A DNA stretch of 64,000 nt, from the NCBI GenBank assembly GCA_016342655.1, contig JAEINL010000007.1, positions 4,919 to 68,918 on the forward strand, read 5' to 3'. A program made the position numbers and the translations under genes. The notes beneath the pieces were generated by a model that saw only the letters and a list, made by a program, of their open reading frames with translations, was not told the origin of the DNA and did not search any database. This DNA comes from Sphaerochaeta sp. GTDB taxonomy: Bacteria; Spirochaetota; Spirochaetia; Sphaerochaetales; Sphaerochaetaceae. Shown piece after piece: positions 58,816 through 64,000 of the stretch. How positions within the stretch are numbered: position 1 is the first letter of the stretch; each line of letters opens with the position of its first letter.

Positions 58816-60141
58816 ATGTCAAAAGTATTCAGAGATAGCGAATGGGATCGGGATGGTGTCATTGAAGGAATTCTGGGAGATGTCCCCGTTCCTAAGATGG
58901 CGAAAGTGCGACAATTGTTTGATGAGACAAGAGTAGAAGATATTCCCCGTGCCATTGAAGCAGAATTCAACAAGCCTGAGATTGCTTCCACGATAAAAAA
59001 GGATGCTTCCATTGCAATAACAGCAGGAAGCAGAGGAATCGCAAATCTTGCACTTATCGTGCGTGAGGTTGTCAAGAATGTGAAAAGACTGGGTGCGTAT
59101 CCTTTTGTCATCCCCGCCATGGGTAGCCATGGTGGAGCGACAGCAGCCGGCCAATTGCAGGTGTTGGAGGGGATGGGTGTCACAGAAGAATATATCGGCG
59201 CTCCTATCCGCTCTTCAATGGAAACCAAGAATATTGGGGAAAATGCTGATGGAAAACCAGTACAGATTGATGCATATGCCGCTCAGTCTGATGGCATCAT
59301 CGTTCTGGGTCGGGTCAAACCCCATACCGCATTCCGTGGGACCTATGAGAGTGGGCTCTACAAGATGATGGCAATAGGCCTTGGAAAGCAGAAAGGTGCA
59401 GAGGTCTGCCATCTTGAGGGTTTTGGCCGTATGGCACATAACGTTGTAGCTTTTGGTGAGGCAATCTTGGAGCAAGCCCCGATCCTGTTTGGATTGGCTC
59501 TCATCGAGAACGCTTTTGATGAGACTGCCCATATTGAAGCTGTATCCCGTGACAAGATTGCTGATCGTGAGCCGGCTCTGCTGGAAATGGCAAGGGCGCT
59601 GATGCCTTCCATCGCGATCAACGATATTGACATTATGGTCATTGACCAGATCGGAAAGAACTTCAGTGGCGACGGGATGGACCCGAACATCACTGCCACC
59701 TACTGTACTCCCTATGCCTCGGGGGGACCTGTAGTACAACGCTATGTAGTGCTGGACCTCAGTGAGGAGACCCACGGTAATGCAATGGGAGCCGGTATGG
59801 CTGATATTGGTACCAAGAGACTTTTCGATAAGATTGACTTTGATGCTGCGTATCCTAATGCCCTGACTTGCACAGTTCTTATGGGCGCAAAGATTCCGGT
59901 TATCTTGAAAAACGACAAGGCTGCTATCCAGGCGGCAATTTTTACCTCAGTCGGTATTGACAAGGAAAACCCACGCATCGTTCGTATAGCCAACAGCTCG
60001 CATATTTCAACTATTATCGTATCTGAGGCTCTAAGGAAAGAAGTCGAAGAGGATAAGGGTCTTAAGCTACTGGAAGAATTTGCAGAGGTTGAGTTCGACG
60101 AGCAGGGAAATTTGGATTTACACAAGGGAGTTTATGCATGA
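58816..60141 (+). CDS. LarA-superfamily (lactate racemase domain) protein
   Basis: GSRGI, PAMGSHGG, RVKPHT, KMMAIGLGK, GKNFSGDGMDPN. Confidence 0.8.
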   Translation: MSKVFRDSEWDRDGVIEGILGDVPVPKMAKVRQLFDETRVEDIPRAIEAEFNKPEIASTIKKDASIAITAGSRGIANLALIVREVVKNVKRLGAYPFVIPAMGSHGGATAAGQLQVLEGMGVTEEYIGAPIRSSMETKNIGENADGKPVQIDAYAAQSDGIIVLGRVKPHTAFRGTYESGLYKMMAIGLGKQKGAEVCHLEGFGRMAHNVVAFGEAILEQAPILFGLALIENAFDETAHIEAVSRDKIADREPALLEMARALMPSIAINDIDIMVIDQIGKNFSGDGMDPNITATYCTPYASGGPVVQRYVVLDLSEETHGNAMGAGMADIGTKRLFDKIDFDAAYPNALTCTVLMGAKIPVILKNDKAAIQAAIFTSVGIDKENPRIVRIANSSHISTIIVSEALRKEVEEDKGLKLLEEFAEVEFDEQGNLDLHKGVYA

Positions 60142-61856
60142 TGAACCAAGGTTCTGCTGTTAACCCACGGGTTATTTCAGCGATTGAACATGAGAAAAAA
60201 GTACTGACCCAATACGGTGTCGAAGATATTGTCGCCTTGATCGAATCAGGGCAGGTGGAACGTGCCGTTGGCCACAGCTTCCATTTCTCCTCTGCAAAGT
60301 TGATACGAGAAGTGTCCTTACAGGTGAAGATTGCAGTGGAAGCTGAGCTTCAGGCTGCAAGAGAAGATGGCTCACTGCTGAACTACATTTCATACAGCTT
60401 GCTTATGGCTGTAGGGCTTTCCAGTGCCTTGATAAAATGGAATGTCCAGAAGGAGTTCAGTTCACAGGAAATTGATGCCTTGCAGGGCTTCTATGCTGTA
60501 CTCGTTGCTAAAGTCCCTGCAAACAATAGTGTAAGCAAAACACTTCTAGAGGCCTATGCTGAAGAGGTCTACCACAGGTACCTTACTGAAGCACGAAGCA
60601 AAGAGGACGCTGCTGCAGGAAAAGCGCAGGTTTTGACAGGATCTCTGTCAGACTATGTGAAGATGATGATCGATGAAGTTCACCAGTCGAGCCTGTATGC
60701 CTATGAGATGCACAGTGAAGGTGATCCACTCGAGGCTGAGACAGTATGGGGCAATGACTACGGTCTGTTTTTGCAGTTTGCCCTCTGGTGTGGTGCTTCT
60801 TTCCAGACCACTAACCCTCCTTTGGTCAAGGCCGCTTGGGATACCTATGCACAAGATTGGAAAAAGAGAACCTCTGTCCTCTACAAGAGCCTCGATTTCT
60901 CTACGTTGAAAAGTGGGGGACTGGATGCTGACCAGAAGAAGGTTTCTGTACTCTCCTACACCATAGTGGAAAAAAGTTGCCACTTGGTCCGAGACATGTA
61001 TCTCCAATGTGCAGGAAGGCTCGGATTTGTATGTTATCAGGTAAATCCCAACCACCAAAACAATGTTGACCTGATGGTTGATGAGATTCGCTTTGTCCAT
61101 GCCATGATGTCGCAGCGTCTGGGACATGGGTATGAGCCAAACATCTCGTTCAAGATCCCCGGGACTCTCGGAGGACTTAAGGCAGCTGAGATTGTAGGCA
61201 AGGATGGCATTTCCATCACGGTGACCCTGTCTTTCAGTGTTTTCCAGGCTGTTGCTTTTGGTAAGGTCCTTGCGAAGAGCACTTCTGCAGTCAGTTCTGT
61301 GGTCATCATGAACGGCCGGTTGGCGTTCCCTGTTCGTGATGATCTGGTTGGGATGTTCCCCGAGGATAAGGAAACCTATCTTAAGAGTTCCGAACTTGTC
61401 GGTGTTGATGTGACCAAGCATCTCTATGAGAAGCTCTATGCACCGAAGGGGAAAGGTGGCTTGGGAATCGATCCCAAACGAGTAAGGATAATGAATGCTT
61501 CCTTGCGGATTTATGGGGACGAGATTCCAGATGTCCTTGATGTCTGGGGTAGCCCTAGCATTACCATTTTCCCGAACGTACGACATGCCCTGAGCATAAA
61601 GAAGAGAGACTACTCTTTTGATGCAGTAAAGCTTCCTGTCGATGCTGATGTTCGCAACACCAATGCCAAAAGTGAGATTTTCCGTCAATCCTGGTGGGTT
61701 GAAGGTGATGATGCCAAGCTTGCTCCTCAGCAAAAGTTGAGTTTGCATGACAGTTCTCCTGAAGCTATTGTAACCTGGGGTCCGATTGCTGCTACCCAAG
61801 CACAGTTTGTTGGGTCATATCAGAGTACCAAAGAACTTATAGGTTTTTTGGGATAA
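60138..61856 (+). CDS. Transaldolase-family protein with ~200-aa N-terminal extension
   Basis: TTNPP, Schiff-base Lys in FKIPGT, VTLSFS, GRL, ASLR. Confidence 0.75.
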   Translation: MMNQGSAVNPRVISAIEHEKKVLTQYGVEDIVALIESGQVERAVGHSFHFSSAKLIREVSLQVKIAVEAELQAAREDGSLLNYISYSLLMAVGLSSALIKWNVQKEFSSQEIDALQGFYAVLVAKVPANNSVSKTLLEAYAEEVYHRYLTEARSKEDAAAGKAQVLTGSLSDYVKMMIDEVHQSSLYAYEMHSEGDPLEAETVWGNDYGLFLQFALWCGASFQTTNPPLVKAAWDTYAQDWKKRTSVLYKSLDFSTLKSGGLDADQKKVSVLSYTIVEKSCHLVRDMYLQCAGRLGFVCYQVNPNHQNNVDLMVDEIRFVHAMMSQRLGHGYEPNISFKIPGTLGGLKAAEIVGKDGISITVTLSFSVFQAVAFGKVLAKSTSAVSSVVIMNGRLAFPVRDDLVGMFPEDKETYLKSSELVGVDVTKHLYEKLYAPKGKGGLGIDPKRVRIMNASLRIYGDEIPDVLDVWGSPSITIFPNVRHALSIKKRDYSFDAVKLPVDADVRNTNAKSEIFRQSWWVEGDDAKLAPQQKLSLHDSSPEAIVTWGPIAATQAQFVGSYQSTKELIGFLG

Positions 61857-61876
61857 GTTGAAATTAGGAGTATATA

Positions 61877-63631
61877 ATGGCTAAATTTACATTTGGAAAA
61901 TTAGAGATAGACCCAGTTACCAATCCTTCAGTGCTCAATACGGGCACATGGGATACGGAGGCTGTTGCACGAGATTGTGCCAAGCTTCCCGAATCTTTTT
62001 ATGCAGAGGTCCTAGAGCAGTCCGCTGCATCTGATGGAGGAAACAATCCCAAGTTTGAAGGGACTCTCTGTCATACTCCAAGCATCGCCATCCATGAGGG
62101 TGTTGTGTATGGCTTGTTGGAGTTTGCTGATGGGCAGACTGCTTTTATCATGATCGGGTCAGCTTCCCCTGAAATTTTTGAGAAAAGGATATGCAATGCC
62201 TCAGGCCCTGAAGGGAAGGTCGTTGTGGTGTATCCGTCAACCGATCGAAATATCCATGCCTACACCAGACAGATCCATACCAGGAAGGGACCCCGTGCAC
62301 TAGGGGCGATTCCCCGTCTTGGAATTGGGGTCAGGCATTCCAGTGCTGTATGGCCTGGGATCATGAACGCAATGTACAAGGGAGATTTTTCTGCAAACAG
62401 CATTCAGAACTCGGTGCGGGAGCTTCACCTTCTGGAAACGCTAACCTCAGGAACACCTTCGAGAACCAACCATCTGTTTAGTTTTGGTCCAGTGAAGGAA
62501 GGCCATACCGGCAGTACTTTTGAGGGTCTCTGGACAGAAGGGGTGCTCAAGACCATAAAGTATCCCCATTTACTCCGTTATGGTGCTGACGCAGATCATC
62601 TGCAAGTTAAAAGGGGTTCTGAAGGGATTGAGCGGACCAAGAAATTCATTGATGCCGCTAAGTACTACTCGTTCTACACCCTGGATGTCTCTGACATCCT
62701 GGACTATTCCTCGTTGTTCAAGTTCTCTGCCAAAGACTCCACTGACTATCTACAGACCTGTATTCCCAATGCAGCTCTACGCGCAGATGTCCTGTGGTAC
62801 CATAAGAAGAAAAAATGCCTCGGCAAGCAGTTCATTTCGTTGGATGAGGCTCAGATCGGACGATTGGTGGGCAAGTACTGGCATGCTCTTGACGCAATTG
62901 AGAAACTCTATGGGTATATTGACAACATCAAGAAGGGTGAAGCTTACGATATGGAGCTGAGTATCGACGAGAATCCTCCTCACGTGAAGACTTTCGATAC
63001 CATTACAACCTATGAGGAGCTGTTGTTCCTTGTGGATGAGATTGAACGCCGCGGCCTTCCCATTACCCATATTGCTCCAAACTTTGGAGTTGAAAAAGGT
63101 GTTGATTACCGTGGGGCAGATGGAAAGAAGATGTTGGAAGAACGTATTTCAATACTTCACAAGATTGTCTCTGAGAAGAATATGATGCTTGATTGTCACT
63201 CCGGAGACGATCTCAGTCGTGAGACAAGAGGTATTTTCAAGAGGGCTACAAAGGGTAATATTCATTTCAAGATCTCTCCTTCCTTGCAATCCCTCTATGG
63301 AGAGGTGATCGAGAAGGTCAACCCTGAGTTTTTCCGTTTCTGGTGGGAGGATACCTTCAGGCATACACAGCAGCTGGCAAAAGATGGGGTTCCCTTTGCA
63401 ATTTACTCGCTCAACCAGCTTAAGTGGTCAGGGGACAAGGCTCCTTCTGCAAAACATATCTTTTTCCAAGAGTTTTGTTATGCTACACTGGGGGCACGTG
63501 ATGAACAGGGAAATTATCTGTATCGTGACAAGTTCTATGCGCTTCCTGCAGACTTCCAGAATGAGATGGATGCACAGATTGAGAGGCAGGTCCTTGAGGT
63601 TGCTGGTGACTTGTTTAACGTGAGTCTATGA
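61877..63631 (+). CDS. UxaE-family (tagaturonate/fructuronate epimerase-like) protein
   Basis: QNSVREL, YGADADHL, ELSIDE, APNF..EKGVDY, HSGDD, HFKIS. Confidence 0.8.
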   Translation: MAKFTFGKLEIDPVTNPSVLNTGTWDTEAVARDCAKLPESFYAEVLEQSAASDGGNNPKFEGTLCHTPSIAIHEGVVYGLLEFADGQTAFIMIGSASPEIFEKRICNASGPEGKVVVVYPSTDRNIHAYTRQIHTRKGPRALGAIPRLGIGVRHSSAVWPGIMNAMYKGDFSANSIQNSVRELHLLETLTSGTPSRTNHLFSFGPVKEGHTGSTFEGLWTEGVLKTIKYPHLLRYGADADHLQVKRGSEGIERTKKFIDAAKYYSFYTLDVSDILDYSSLFKFSAKDSTDYLQTCIPNAALRADVLWYHKKKKCLGKQFISLDEAQIGRLVGKYWHALDAIEKLYGYIDNIKKGEAYDMELSIDENPPHVKTFDTITTYEELLFLVDEIERRGLPITHIAPNFGVEKGVDYRGADGKKMLEERISILHKIVSEKNMMLDCHSGDDLSRETRGIFKRATKGNIHFKISPSLQSLYGEVIEKVNPEFFRFWWEDTFRHTQQLAKDGVPFAIYSLNQLKWSGDKAPSAKHIFFQEFCYATLGARDEQGNYLYRDKFYALPADFQNEMDAQIERQVLEVAGDLFNVSL

Positions 63632-63640
63632 GAATGCAAT

Positions 63641-63675
63641 ACCCACTCTCCATATCCTTGGAGAGTGGGTGCTTT
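63641..63675 (+). terminator. Stem-loop ending the catabolic operon
   Basis: ACCCACTCTCCA-tatcct-TGGAGAGTGGGT. Confidence 0.7.
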
Positions 63676-63737
63676 ACCAAGATTTGCAGTCTTCCCTGAT
63701 GATGCGAATATGAAACATAAGGTTGTGGTTTGTTCTC

Positions 63738-64000
63738 ATGAAAAAGGAAAATATTTCTACAGTATTAAGACGACGATACCTATGCGATGAAGTCTTGAAT
63801 ATCATCAAGAAGAGAATTTTCTCCCTTGAGTATAATCGTGGAGACAGATTGCTTGTCGAGTCCCTTGCGCAACAACTTGATGTGAGCATGACCCCTGTCA
63901 GGGAAGGGTTGAAGGGTCTGGTTGCAGAAGGTCTTGTTGTCTATGATGGAAAAAGTTACTCGGTATTTGACCCGAATGAGAAAGAGATGGCTGAAATCTT
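63738..64000 (+). CDS. GntR family regulator, 3'-truncated by the window edge (absent from the ORF track)
   Basis: Manual translation gives MKKENISTVLRRRYLCDEV...LAQQLDVSMTPVREGLKGLVAEGLV, a GntR winged HTH. Confidence 0.88.
   Translation, partial: MKKENISTVLRRRYLCDEVLNIIKKRIFSLEYNRGDRLLVESLAQQLDVSMTPVREGLKGLVAEGLVVYDGKSYSVFDPNEKEMAEI

Noticed and set aside
60648-61799. 383-aa antisense ORF (likewise 15705-16619, 38004-38819, 45901-46662, 56496-57215)
   Set aside because: Shadow ORFs opposite well-supported genes, explained by codon bias and lacking recognisable motifs.

Overview
Bacterial chromosomal window, most likely from a Sphaerochaeta-like spirochaete (inferred from protein and signal-peptide style, not tested). 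In order: (1) the end of a type III restriction-modification locus (mod 3' part, res); (2) a minus-strand hexuronate operon (BASS transporter, uxaB, uxaA, uxaC, IclR, Gfo/Idh/MocA, cupin); (3) a 1083-aa LacI-sensor / degenerate histidine kinase / AraC hybrid regulator; (4) a BMP nucleoside ABC operon running on into PNP, cupin, SDR, a metallophosphoesterase and a ParB/Srx-fold protein; (5) an AT-rich island with two paralogous FadR regulators divergent from three secreted pilin-like proteins that have no chaperone or usher nearby; (6) ROK regulator, htpG, mscS; (7) a sigma54/PrpR-controlled cluster (atypical PdxA, TctBAC, two single-Cys racemase-fold proteins, epimerase, AKR); (8) glmS; (9) a 16-kb probable sugar-acid catabolic cluster (two TRAP systems, two Zn dehydrogenases, two SDRs, a ketose 3-epimerase-like, a LarA-like, an atypical transaldolase-like and a UxaE-like protein, GntR). 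A ~158-bp structured element with a compensatory base change occurs three times. Best candidates for undescribed biology: the pilin-like island, the dispersed structured element, the ParB/phosphoesterase pair and the two kinase-less acid-sugar pathways. All motif comparisons were made by eye.
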